DNA from: Magallana gigas | Taxonomy: Eukaryota | Reading direction: 5' to 3' | Length of the DNA stretch: 64,000 nucleotides | Assembly (NCBI RefSeq): GCF_963853765.1 | Contig: NC_088858.1 | Coordinates: forward strand, 39,184,001 to 39,248,000 | Part shown: piece by piece, positions 25,451-38,610 of the stretch | Layout of the letters: each line of letters begins with the position of its first letter | Numbering within the stretch: position 1 is the stretch's first letter | Translations under genes and position numbers: made by a program | The notes under the pieces: generated by a model | The model's input: the letters and a program-made list of their open reading frames with translations, nothing else | What the model was told of the DNA's origin: nothing | The model's database searches: none

Positions 25451-26498
25451 CATAAGAGGAGATTTTCACAGCATTTTCAATAGCAGACTTGTACACCATC
25501 CTGAACTTTGGCGTCATCATGAATGACTTTTCGTCCAGCAGTTTAAACAGCACGTTCCTCTACCTGTTTGCGTCTGTACTGGGACTGACCGTCAGGGTGA
25601 TGCCTGCATGGTGTTTACTTCCCCCGACCGTACTCTCCAGGTTCTCTGTGTGGGTGACCTTGTCCTCAATGGTCTCTCTGTATGCGATTTGCAGGGGACC
25701 CATGTAGGCATCGACCTTGAACTCTGACAGTATGCGGTGTTTGATGACCTCCAGATGCAGCTCTCCCATCCCAGACAGGATGGTCTGGCCCGTCTCTTGG
25801 TTCACCTTCACCTATAAGGCCAAGTACAAACAACTTATATACAAATAGATACCGTAAGCGAGTCAAAACATGACAATCACATCATTAAATAAAAAATAGC
25901 ATAAAACCAAGATGGAAATTAAGATATTATATATTTCTATTTCCTAATTAATTTGGTATTTCCTAAGTAAATACCAAATTAATTCAAAATACAGGTTAAG
26001 AACTTTTGAATAGATTTACTTATTGTTTTTAACTTTTCAATAAAGATAACTAAAAAAAAAGTTTTAAAGTTACTGGTATAAAAACAATAATATAACCTTG
26101 AGACTAGGGTCCTCTCTCTGAAGACATTCTAAGGCAAGGTCAAGGTCTTTCTGCCTAGCCATTGAAGGAGGCTCCACAGAACAAAAGTAAACAGGCGAGG
26201 GCACCTGTAGACCGGCTAGCACCACGTCATGGTCAAGGTCATCATGACTCGCAAGGTCATGTGAAGAATCTTCCTCCTCCTCATGATGCCTGTTCTCACA
26301 AATTTAGTTTTGATTTTATCTATACTGTCTACCAAAAGAACCTCATCTGCTATGTTCTCATCAGTGTTACTTAGTTGACCAATCAAATTAGACCTTTCTT
26401 TTATTGCATACTCCCAAATTTTACCATCACTCTTCTCTGTTATTTAATGAACAGAGAATTTTCTTCCATCGGGAGATTTTGCTAAGTCCCATTCGTAT
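25451..26498 (-). pseudogene. GFM2: Truncated duplicate of GFM2 (part of exon 4 fused to part of exon 5, then exon 6)
   Basis: Near-identical to GFM2 exon 6 (25811 downward) and exons 5/4 (26097-26498). It lacks exons 1-3, 7 and 8, and has a premature stop in the exon-6 copy (AGG AAG to AGG TAG, at 25560-25562). Confidence 0.9.
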
Positions 26499-27972
26499 TG
26501 TTATGTCGATATAGCGGATAGCAAGAAAACTGATCAATTACAATAAAGTGATTTTAATAATGTCATTTCATGTCAGTACAATTACGAACTATTTGTATAA
26601 ATGAAAAGACGTAACATGTAGTTTATATGTTGGAAAGACGATATAAAAGTACTAGTACCATATATCAATGTGTAAGTTATAAAACAACAGGTGTAGGCTC
26701 CTATACGATTCCGTAATAAAGACACAAGCATAGGCCCCTATAGGCTTCCGTGCCTCTAGAGGCAATGTTGTTATATAACGAGTTTTTAAAGTTTCTCGTT
26801 CAAACAAGCTTATTTTTCACGTTATAAAGAGTTAATATTCATGTCACATTATATTTTCTGTGGATAAACTAAATATATGCACTTAACTAAGAATGACTTT
26901 GCCGTCCTCATGGCTGTATGAACTACAATTATTTTGCTGAAATAATGCACCATGCACGTTCAGTAGTTTTAATAATATTTGTGGGCATTGGCTTTCGTTG
27001 ATTGAATAAAAATAATGGTCTCAATGATATCAGGTAAATATTTCGTGGCCAATGATCCTATAAATACAGTTGGTTATTAAAAGCATTGATTTTTCATTTC
27101 TTGAATTTACGAAATTTACAACAATTGGTATTCAACAATTACAGATGTAACTATAGTAGTAAATACTCCGATAGATTGGTTTATCTTGTTCATTAAAATA
27201 TATGCCTGCATAATTATTTGTATAATAACAACCGGGCGTTAATAAGTATATGTTTATATTTAAAAAGTTCACCGGAATATGAACTTAGTTGGCCAAGTGA
27301 TCAAATCCTGTAAAACCCGAAGGGCTTCTTGGCTTCTTAGAAGGTCTGATCATGTACCAACCAAGTTCATATCCCTTTGAACTTTTTAACATTGCTGTAT
27401 ATTACTTATACATTTGATTGATTTGAAAAAAGGAAAATTGTTAAGAATTGTTAAAATTGCGTATTTTTTATGATTAAAATAATCCAACCGACAAGCTTGT
27501 GAATTCATAAAAAGTTCACACAGAATTGAACATTTTCGTTAATCTATAGGTTCATGTAAGGAAGCATATTTGCAAGTGCAAATATAAAGTGATAGGTATT
27601 GTTTCAATGTCTCACTTTGCACAGTTTTCATTGCTCCGATATGCAATCTTGGCACCTGTAATTTACCATTTGAAAACCATATCTTTTAGAAGATAATGTG
27701 TCTACCAAAATTGATTAGAATTACATTGTATGTTGTATGTGAAACCCATATTCAGATCGATATAAAGTGACTGTTTGTACAGCCAGACAGAAATTTAAAT
27801 GCCATTCAATATTCTCAAATGGAAACTCGGGAGTTAAACAATATGTTAAAATAGGCATTACCAAATTGTTTACATCCGGGCTAAGTGGAAAAACGATCGG
27901 TATCAGATCTGCTTGGTGCAGCAGCACATCCCGACAGAATTACCAGAACATCCCGATAGAATAACCAGAACT

Positions 27973-30429
27973 ATGGCAGACGAGGAGGTAAAGTTCATTG
28001 AATATGTTTTGACTTGTGCATTAGATCGAAAAAAAAAACCCAAACAACAAAGGAAAACAACGTTGGCACCGTCCACTTTTACATGTACTGTCTTGTTCTG
28101 TTTTCAGGATGTGGTCAACCCGAACCCAGGGGATTGTTTGCAGGAGGGTGATGGTTTTATGTGTCCCCAATTTTCAAAGGAAACAGAACAAAGTAAGTAC
28201 TAGTAAACAGATTAGAACCCAACTACTCGGAAAGCTTCTTGCATTTTTGTTAAGAAGGTATGAAAACGTCTGTTGTCATAATCAGTAAGTCATATTCAAT
28301 AAGTCGCTGATAGAAGGTTCGATGGTTATGAATTAAAATACCAAAATCTAGAATTAAAAATGGATTTTTTTGTTTTTTTGTTTGGTTTTTCACTAAAAAA
28401 TAGTTTATAGCAAAATGAATCATATCTTATGAGTCATTAAAACAGCTTTTATATATATTTTTAATTTTATAAATTTGGATTGTATTTCACGCATGATTAA
28501 GATTTTGAATTTATTAGAATTTGGAGACCAAAAAACGATATGTAGTCTTACAATTTTAATGCTTTGCTTTTTTTTCTCAGTATGTAAAGAATGTTTTGAC
28601 TTCATTGACCATGACAAAAATGGCGTCATTGACAAAGCGGAGCTTATCACAGTGATGCGAGGAATAGGACTCAATCCATCGGAGAAGGACGCAGAGGAGT
28701 TGATTGCATCTGTCGCAGAAACTGGTGAAATTCAAAAGTTTTCGGATGTAAAGGGGACTGGATGGTCGCGGCCATTTTTAGTCTCTATTCGCCTCCGTAA
28801 AACAAAGAGCTTAATTTTTATAAAGCTACATTGTGTGTGAAATATTTAAAATGTTAAAGCTGAAATATTTGGAGTGATTCATTACTTAATAAGTGTTTCT
28901 GACCAAAAATATCATTTTTAAAACGTTTTAATATGTTAGGCTAAAATATTTGGCAGTTATTCTTTACTTAAAAATGTTTATGACCAAAAAATATCATTTT
29001 TAAAAAGTTTAGGGTAGATGTTTACCATTGACCCTCCCCAAAATATAATCCAGTATATACGAAGAGAGGATGAAAATTACATCTGATTGTCAAAAATAGT
29101 TTGGTATAATAAAATGAGATAGTAATCATGGACGTCGGGGGGGGACTTAGCCCCCCTCCGCTCCACTTGTTTGCAAAATTAGACCTAACCATCAAGCACA
29201 TAGCATCAGGGAGGGGCTAGCCCCACCTCCACTTTTTCTCCCAGCAAACGTAATATTTCTTTAATTTACATGTAAGAAATTGAAGTATCAGGAAGGTGCT
29301 GCTCCCAGCCCCCATATTTCCGGTAGAATGCAAGTAATTAAAATGAAAATAAGTAAATATTAAGAGTGATATTGAAAATTGCGTTTATAGGTATACTACC
29401 CACCCCCAAGGAATTTCATGATTTTGGTGGGAACAATTCTTTTTGCATTGGTAGATAGGAGGTTTTTTTTTTAGTTACAGGTATACTACACTAACCCCCC
29501 ACCCACCCCCACCCCCCACCCCCCACCCCTACCCCACGCAACTGATTAGGAATTTAATGATTTTGGGAATTAGCCTTTTTTTATGCTTGTCAAAATTTCT
29601 AATGATTAGTCTAGCCCCCCCCCCCCCCCCCACTTTCAATTTGCTACCGACGCCACTGACTAATATTGCTTGTGCACTTTTTGTATTGTATGTACCTTCT
29701 GATAAATAGGTAGGAAAAGAAATGTTCCAGTAAACAAGTCTCATATGACGTTTTTTAAAATACTGCTTATTCAATCTAACGCCAGGGAGAATACATTGTA
29801 TTTATCAACATTATTAACATTTATTTAAGGAAAGGACACTATTTCATGGGCAGTATTTGACGACATGATGACTGGCCCCTGTAAATCAGAAAAACTCAAC
29901 AAGATGAATATGTTGGCAACCTTTCTTATCTTTGACAATAACAAAGATGGTTTCGTGGACGCCACTGATTTCCAGAAAACAATGAACAGTATGGGACAGC
30001 CCTTTGGTGAATTTGAATCTAAGCTTATCATAGGAGAAATGGACAAGAAGCGCCAGGGAAAATTAGATTACAAAGGTAATATAAATTCTTGCTACTTAAT
30101 AAAAGCATTGCAAATGTTCATGCAAATCACAAACGTTACATTTTTATTACAATACATTTTTCTCATGATAAAATATATATATACCCATTACCTAATAATA
30201 CAGAGGGGCGTATAATTAGGTAGAGAGCATATGCAAACCTGTATAAACTTCCTTTAATAAAGATCAATAACCAAACTATAACCATCATAGACTTTCGGAT
30301 ACATTATTGATTAACACTTAAAATTGTTGCCCTTAATAAAATTATAATATATCTTTTCAAAACAACCCCACATAATTATTACTTTCAGATTTTGTGACCA
30401 TGATGTACGGTGAAAGTAATGCAGAGTAA
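27973..30429 (+). CDS. Calmodulin-like EF-hand protein C, 176 aa, 5 exons (paralog of B)
   Basis: Exons 27973-27987, 28108-28192, 28581-28724, 29830-30075 and 30389-30429; the exon sizes equal those of B and the frame is intact. Confidence 0.87.
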
Positions 30430-31763
30430 AGATTCTGTGCCTGTCGAGGACAACAGACCCCACTTCATGTGTAAATAGACCTGGTAGCCTGATGAATATC
30501 CCATGATGTAATGTGTGAGACGAGTTAGTGACTGTTTTCTTTGTGCGTTTGTTGCTTTTAAGAGGGCTGAATGGTCATGGCCGTTTTTAGACTGTATTTA
30601 CCTCCTGAAGATGAAGAGCTCTATAAAGAATATAGTAAAATACTCTTTTGTAGAGAGGATAGCAATTTTTAAATCTTCAAAATAAATCTGTAGCTGCGCA
30701 GTTCAACAGCTGTCCAGAGTGATTAAAAAAGCATTGTCCTGTTCTTGTATGCATACTTTTCAAACAAAATGGCATGTAGGACTTTATATTTATTGCTTTT
30801 ATATCTGTTGGCAACATTTTTTGCCAGTTTCAGACAGAAACAAGCCAGTTTAAGAAATGTTTACATTCTTATCCTCAAATGTACAAGATGGCTGCACATC
30901 CCCATGAAGAATTCTACATGCAACCTGGTTTATCAGCCATTGGGTACTGTCTGTACCCAACCATGTGGGTGGCTAGGGGTCTTAAAGTCTGTCCTGTCCA
31001 TCTTTTTCTCTATCCTTCACACATAACAATATTGACAATGTCAAAGAGATTATCCATGCAAAAGATATACACGGATGAGAGAACCAGTCTACATTTCATG
31101 ACTATATGCTGGTTTACCTTTTTTAATGTTTAAAAATTTTATCAAATTTTCCAAAGAGCAAATGCACAGCATGCTAATTTTCTGATGGAAACTTTTCCTA
31201 TAATCTTCAATTAACTATAAATCTTTTTGAATTTACTTTTATTTCCAAAAAACTGCTTCACATTATTTATCAAACTTCATATGCTGGGTGAGACCAGTGA
31301 CAGCAATTCAATTGTGTAATATTCTTTTTTTCTTTGTACAACTATCTTAGCTTACTATATTTATTATCTCAGACTAAAGAAATGAGATGTACGGTATTTT
31401 TTCTTTTTATATATGATTGCAATAAAATTGTACAAATGAGCAGGACATTTTTTCTTATATCATATTTTTGTAGGAAATAATAACTAGTATCATTCATGAA
31501 TTTAATATTTACTTGTGAAAATAAATTGAAAATTTTATATTTGTTCTACATTTATTTATACATGTATATACAAACATACTGGTATCCAGATTTATAAACT
31601 AAATTTACTAATATATAGTATTTATTTAATAAATACTGCTGTTAGATTTTCCAATTTCTAAAATCCTTTAAAATGCACCACAGAAAAACGCTTAAAGCCT
31701 TCAAGAGTAAATTCAAGTTAAAATAGCACTAGACATCACACCATTAGGCTAGCCCCTCCCCCG

Positions 31764-34700
31764 CTACTCCTTGCTGTCAAACAACTCGGGGCTGACTGGG
31801 AACCCAGTGACCTCCTCAATGGCCTTGTTCTTCTCTGCCTCGGACATCTCCTCGTAATGAGAAAACTCCATGCTGAGGGAGGTTTGTCCGTGGGTGATCT
31901 TCCGGAGGGTGTTGGAGTAGTGCCTCAGTTCGGACAGAGGAACCGTGGCCTGAATGACCTTCATGTCATCCTTCTGGGTCACACGTTCTATCTTGGCCCG
32001 TCTGGTGGACAAATCGTGGAGAACGGTGGAAGAAAAGTCCTGATTTGCTGTAATCTGAAATACAAAAATTTTAACTTTGTAATTTCAAAACATACAGAAT
32101 ATACAGGCTTCCAAATTATACATTCATTCCTTTATGGATGCATGATAACTTTTGTATTTTTAAATGCTCTAAAAATCACTGACTTGGAGTATTGGTATTT
32201 GTACATGTACAATTTACATGTATAAAATACCAAGTTACCAACTGTAATTAAATAGGATAGAACACCTCAACTGCCTTATGTGGATGATCTTCATTATATG
32301 ATGATAAAGTATCAGCAAATATTGGAAAAGTATCAGCATGTAATGATAAAGTGTCAGCATGTAATGTTGAAATATCATCATATAATGTTGAAGTATCAGC
32401 ATATAGTAAAGAAGTATCATCATAAAATGAATTTCAATCAAATAAGGCAGTTGAGGCTTTCCATAAAATCAGATAGATTACATATCAATATACCAGTCAA
32501 ACTTATTTAATATAAACATTTTCAACTTCATAAAATAAAGAACAAAACTAATCTTTCAAAACCTAAAGAATTTATCTAATCATATTATAAAATAATAAAC
32601 TTCAACAAATAAAGGATCAACTGCCAGATCAAGTTGTGAACAGTTTTATCCAAAAACCAACAAGTGAGCATCAACAACTGAGCCCTAATCTCATATCAAA
32701 CTACATGTAAAACTCTGTGAACTCTTTTAATATATAAATTATCTAAACATACTTCTAGATTCATTACTGGTTCCAGTAGGTGGAGTGTGGCTCTCTTTAA
32801 TGCTGAATAGATACATTTGGAAACAGCCGCTGCGACCACGTTGGGAGAGGCATCAAAAGACAAATCCGCATTGTGGATAATGACATCCACATTTATTACT
32901 GGGAAATTCAATATTGGACCTTTGAAAGAAGAAAGGATGTATTAGATATATTGCAGTAGATACATGTACCACAGTTTGAATTTGTTAAAACATTACTTTG
33001 TAATTCTTCAAGTTACATTGAATGTTTTACAATATAATGCCTTAAAGGGGCATAGTCACGGTTTTGGTTGAACTCTATTTTCTGTTTTTATTATACACAA
33101 TGCTTAGGGAATTTCTAATGATCATATGGAATTTGAGAGTCAATCATAGAGCTATATGCAAGATACAGAGTAAACAAGGCCCGTGCCCTGTTTTTGTTTA
33201 CAAAGGTTCAATATACCAGTAAAAAATCATTTTCAAGCTGATTAGTCTATCTTCTTTTTCATTTTAAGTATAAATAAAAAGTTCTTAACATTTAACACAT
33301 TCATTATAGGTCTAAAACTGAAATTTTCTCTTCAGCATTCAAAATGTAAACAAGTGAAAAGCTGTCAATGTGACAGCAAACCGGAAATGGAGCACCCTAT
33401 ATGCAATATTTTGCCAAAAAATGACTAAATTCAAAAACTGGTATTTTTTTCATAAATTACTGGTATTGGAAATCAAATTCCTAGCAATATGCACACCTCT
33501 GATATATGTACAATTGATCTGCAAAAGAACAACTTCCTATCTTCAAAACTGTATGAGGAGTTATCCGTACAATGAGGGTACCCTTTTGGCAGCCGCCTGT
33601 CCGCCATTTTCCCCATTTCAATAACTGGATTTATCTGTTAGAAAACCCAGTTAACAAAAGTTTTGTTTACATAAAAAGAATTGTAAGCTCTGTAACTTGC
33701 TTTTAACTCAAAAGAAGACCCTCAAATTTTGGTTGCCTATTAAAAATGCCCTTCTGAAACATTAAATTTGGAAAAATAATTTTGGACCAAAATCGTGACC
33801 ATGCCCTTTGTGCAATTTTGGATAAAAATTTATATTTTCAAAATTTTAATTCAGTAAGTGTGAACAAAAGGACCAGGCGGATTAAAACTCTGTGGTTCAC
33901 AAGCCCGATACTTTAACCACTAAGCTAAGATAATAGAAACAATTTGACAAAACATTCACATTGCCATCTTGTGACATAGCATCTTAAAAAGAGTAAATCT
34001 AGGTGTATAGTGAGGTACCTTAACAAGATAATTAAGTGAAGTTGACTCATACCATAAGAGAGAGAGGTTTTCACAGCATTTTCAATAGCAGACTTGTACA
34101 TCTTCCTGAACTTTGGCGTCATCATAAACGACTTTTCTTCCAGCGGTTTAAACAGCACGTTCCTCTTCCTGTTTGCATCTGTACTGGGACTGACCGTCAG
34201 GGTGATGCCTGCGTGGTGTTTACTTCCCCCGACCGTACTCTCCAGGGTCTCTGTGTGGGTGACCTTGTCCTCAATGGTCTCTCTGTATGCGATTTGCAGG
34301 GGACCCATGTAGGCATCGACCTTGAACTCTGACAGTATGCGGTGTTTGATGACCTCCAGATGCAACTCTCCCATCCCAGACAGGATGGTCTGGCCCGTCT
34401 CTTGGTTCACCTCCACCTATAAGGCCAAGTACAAACAACTTATATACAAATAGATAAGCCAGTCAAAACATGACAATCACATCGTTAACTTATAAATTAT
34501 TAATTCATCTAGTAGATACAATAAAAATTAGATTTCACTATCAAATCTTATATACAGGAAAAAATAACATAAAACCAAGATGGAATTTAAGATATCATAA
34601 GTTTCTATTTTCAAAGTAATATCAGATTAATTAAAAATACAGGTATAGAACTTTTGAATGGATTTAATTAATGTTTTTGTGATTAAACTTTAATTGACAA

Positions 34701-37700
34701 CAACTTTTCAATAAAGATAATTCAAACAAAAGAGTTTTAAAGTTACTGGTATAAAAACAATAATATGACCTTGAGACTAGGGTCCTCTCTCTGAAGACAT
34801 TCTAAGGCAAGGTCAAGGTCTTTCTGGCTAGCCATTGAAGGAGGTTCCACAGAACAAAAGTAAACAGGCGAGGGCACCTGCAGACCGGCTAGCACCACAT
34901 CATGATCAAGGTCATCATGACTCTCAAGGTCGTGTGAAGAATCGCCCTCCTCCTCCTCATGATGCCTGTGCTCATACTGCCTCAGCATGGGTCTGATTCG
35001 GGCCAACCCTTCTTTGGAAGTAACAGTGTCTCCTGTTCTGGTCTGTGAAGCGAACATTCAGCAATTTATTTAGAAAAATCAACAAAACGAGTTCTTTTGT
35101 ACACACTTACAAAAAAATTAAAAAATGAACAAACTAACAAGAGGGAATAGACTTAATCCAGCTCTGAAAAGTTACTAATTTTAACTTAAGAATATCCAGA
35201 ACTTTTTAATAACTGTGGTCTGGTATAATATAATGTCACCAGCAAATGGTGGTAACAATTTATTGTTGACATTACAATACATCAAGATCATTTGTTTGAA
35301 AATATATACAATGTCTCCTGCCTGATTTGAATAAAAAAAACAAACTTGTTCCTACCTCAGTAAGTCCAGACACACAAACAATGTCTCCTTGATGAGCTGC
35401 TGTTATTCTGTGATAATCGTTGGCCAATATTCTAGACAATGTTTTCACTTTCTCTTTACAATGCCTATTAAGGTTCTGAATGTCACTCCCTGAATGCATA
35501 ACTCCTGAGTAAATCCTAAAGAAGGTCTGAGGATTTTTTTGCTGGTCATGAATAGTTTTAAAAGCGTATGCACAAAGATCTGATCCATAATACTCAAGAA
35601 ATGGAAATTCCCGATCACTCGGACTGGGTAGATAGTCATAGATAGCATTCATCAGAGGCTGGACTCCTTTATTCTTTAAGGAGGATCCACATAGAACAGG
35701 AGTTAATTGTCTTTTCATTGTTGCATTTCTTAGAGCTTTCCTCACAAATTCAGTTTTGATCTTATCTATACTGTCTACCAATAGAACCTCATCTGCTATT
35801 TTCTCATCAGTGTTACTTAGTTGACCAATCAAATTAGACCTTTCTTTCATTGCATACTCCCAAATTTTACCATCACTCTTCTCTGTTAGTGGATGAACAG
35901 AGAATTTTCTTCCATCGGGAGATTTTGCTAAGTCCCATTCGTATTTAGCCATTTCAACAATGTCTACTAATCCTTGAAATTTCTGTAAATCAGGTCCATA
36001 GGGAAAGTTGATAAGAAATGGTTCAATGTGCAGTCTTTGTCTGATGGACTCCAAACAAAGTTCTACACTGACTCCCATTTTGTCTAGTTTGTTCAAGTAA
36101 ATGAGGGACGGAACATGGTGCTTGCTGGCTTGCTTCCACACAGTGACAGTCTGAGCTTCAACACCTAAAATAAAATCAAGCAAAGACATCAAACTGAACA
36201 AACAGCCCAGCCTAGTTTATTTTGAAATTAAACAACATTACTTTCCACTAAAATGCCCCAGTTGCACTCTATTGCATTTTTCCAATGTTAATTGTCAAAT
36301 TAATACACTTTTTTTCAAACATTTTATTATACATGTACTCCCTTGCATGAAAGACTTCGTATTAAAAGACACTATATATGCATTAGATGATTTACATAAT
36401 TAGTGAAAAACTATAAGCACTGTTAAATTCAGCTGTTTTTCTTATTGTAAATAGACTGAATTGTGAGTTGACATAACAAAGTATTTGCAATCAATACCAG
36501 CAGAAGCATCAAGAATCGTTACTGCTCCGTCTAAAACTCGGACAGACCTTTCTACTTCAATCGTGAAATCTACATGCCCTGAAAAGAAAAATAAACCAAT
36601 AGAAAAGCAACTTCAAAATGGAAAAGGTATGAACACATAAATAGTAAGTGGTAAATACTATATACGAATTGGTTTCAATGTTATTAATATTTTATTGGGT
36701 GAACTTCCACTGTCAAAAGACAATAAAGTTGTAAACTTTATAATTTTGTATACATATATAATATTTATTTCGCTGTCTTAAAAAAGATATATACTGCCTA
36801 GTCTGTCAGGGCTGTTATTCTATCTATATAACAAATACAAAGTTGAAAAATATATTTCATGTCAGAAATTTCAAATGCAAAAGTTTGCCAACAACTGGCA
36901 TGTATGGAAACATATATTTGATACAATTCAGTAATTTTTCATTTCTTCTTTGTCTATTATTAATATTAATTGTTTGCCATTATTAAACAAGCAACCACTG
37001 CCAAATCTGGGTGAATGTGAGCATGAATGTGTGAGTGGATGAATCAAAAATGGCTTTGAATTATATTATTAAAATGTTTGTATGCATATGAAAAAATAAT
37101 AATAAAAAAATATACTATATAAAGAAATTATTTACATAGAAAATTAAAAGGTCAGTGATTCAAAGTAATTACATGTAAACACTGCCATATATACCGATAA
37201 TCAAATAAATGTCCTTTATAAGGATTGCAGTAACAGTTATCACTTCTATGCAAATTATATTAGTAATGATAGAGTATTTCTGCCCCCTGAACAATCCAAT
37301 CAATATAGAATAACATTTTGATATGATACCTGGTGTGTCAATTAGATTGACCCTGTGCTTATTCCAGTGATAGGTCACAACAGCTGAGTTAATTGTTATG
37401 CCCCGGTTTCTCTCCTCCTCCATGTAATCTGTCACAGTGTCCCCGTGGTCCACATCCCCTGTAAAATAATTCACATATCACAAAGTCTCCTCCAGGAGCT
37501 ATTTCAAATACACGTAGAATTGTAGATGAATCACAAAGTACCTCTATGAGCATTACAACCTATATCTTTCTAGTATTTCTAATAACAAGCGAGTTTGATC
37601 ACAACCTGTGGTTCCCATAGTTCGACTAAAATGAAATCCACTCACTTTCGTCTAACTCAGTGCAGCTATTTTTTTTAAATGCTGTGATCAGCATATTGCT

Positions 37701-38610
37701 GCTAAGCATGTCCTTTACCAATATCAGCATTCGGCCCCCTGCCTAAGTTTGGTGTCTCAGGTTGATACAGGATTTGATATGGAAAAGGGTATATTAGCAA
37801 GGGTAATGAGTATATTTACATTCCACATATGTTAAATATTTGCATGTAAAGTGTGTGGAAAGCTATGTAGTTATAACACTGTTATACAAACAGGGTATTG
37901 ATGAGTTTTATTATGACCCCCCAAACGTTAAACGCTAGCTGTTGAAGTGCAACATGACAAGAGAAAATCAAAGTTCATGCTTGTGGCTATTACAGTGGCT
38001 CTCCCATTAATTTGATCTTACCTTTAGAATGATACAGTGATTTTGAGGTATATTTCATATTTGCAGACAAGGCAAGAAGTTAAAAAAATGTAAATATAAG
38101 CTTTGAATACAGCACTAACCTGCAGTCTTCAATTTGTCTGCATGACGAGGTGTGTTATAGGACTGACGATATCCAATAATTAGCATTCAATGCATAAATG
38201 TATTATTCTCTATGTATTTGACTAGGGTCGAGGTAGCACCATAAACAAATTATTTATAAGAGTGAAAGTCCTGTCCGCTTGAAATAATAACATGTCATAT
38301 TACAGTGATTATACATAGTAACTTAATCCATATATAACATCGACGAGAGTGCTCCCCCAAAAACTCAACAAAGCTTTGAATCAATTGACAGATTACCTAG
38401 GTGTTTGGTAAACCCAGAGTAGTACAACATTCTCTCCGTGGTTGTAGTTTTCCCGGCGTCGATATGGGCGATGATTCCAATGTTCCGTAAGTCTCGCACA
38501 TCTTCAGTAGCTTTATTATTTGCCCCATGGAAAGATGAATATTTTCTAGGTGTAATGAATGATCTTAGGGACCTATTTATGAACAGTTTATTGAGTTTAA
38601 GCAGTGTCAT
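31764..38610 (-). CDS. GFM2: Mitochondrial ribosome-releasing factor 2 (EF-G2mt), 775 aa, 8 exons
   Basis: Exons 38610-38397, 37458-37330, 36578-36498, 36164-35356, 35042-34770, 34416-34053, 32919-32753 and 32054-31764 (2328 nt, in phase). [24 protein letters not shown]-loop, [16 protein letters not shown] and NKLD motifs. The [11 protein letters not shown] switch I and the [10 protein letters not shown]...[10 protein letters not shown] segment are typical of EF-G2mt, and there is an N-terminal basic presequence. Confidence 0.95.
32288..32434. repeat. 21-bp minisatellite, ~7 degenerate copies, GFM2 intron 7
   Basis: Units such as GTATCAGCATGTAATGATAAA, GTGTCAGCATGTAATGTTGAA and GTATCAGCATATAGTAAAGAA. 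Confidence 0.8.
33042..33809. mobile_element. Kolobok-like non-autonomous element in GFM2 intron 6
   Basis: TTAA then AGGGGCATAGTCACGGTTTTGGT at the left end; ACCAAAATCGTGACCATGCCCTTT at the right end (imperfect TIR). Confidence 0.65.
33870..33927 (-). mobile_element. Degenerate tRNA-derived SINE head
   Basis: The minus strand reads TAGCTTAGTGGTTAAAG (A-box-like) ... GAGTTTTAATCCGCC (decayed B-box). It does not fold into a full cloverleaf. Confidence 0.35.
37922..38101 (+). repeat. Dispersed repeat segment in GFM2 intron 1, also at 52764-52937
   Basis: Shared CAAACGTTAAACGCT...GAAAATCAAAGTTCA.GCTTGTGGCT...CATTTGCAGACAAGGCAAGAAGTTAAAAAAATGTAAATATAAGC. Confidence 0.7.

Larger units (their letters stand above)
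18476..26498. repeat. Tandem segmental duplication, copy 1 (CaM-like B plus GFM2 3' remnant)
   Basis: Collinear with 26528-35944 from ACTGATCAATTACA onward, including upstream sequence, all five CaM-like exons, the 3' UTR and GFM2 pieces. Confidence 0.9.

Noticed and set aside
32235-32510. Heptad-repeat ORFs on both strands (YQHVMIK...)
   Set aside because: They are a by-product of the 21-bp intronic minisatellite.
34880-34985. His/Asp/Glu-rich stretch in GFM2 ([24 protein letters not shown]) as a novel metal-binding module
   Set aside because: EF-G2mt proteins carry a variable charged insertion at this position, so it is likely a low-complexity linker.
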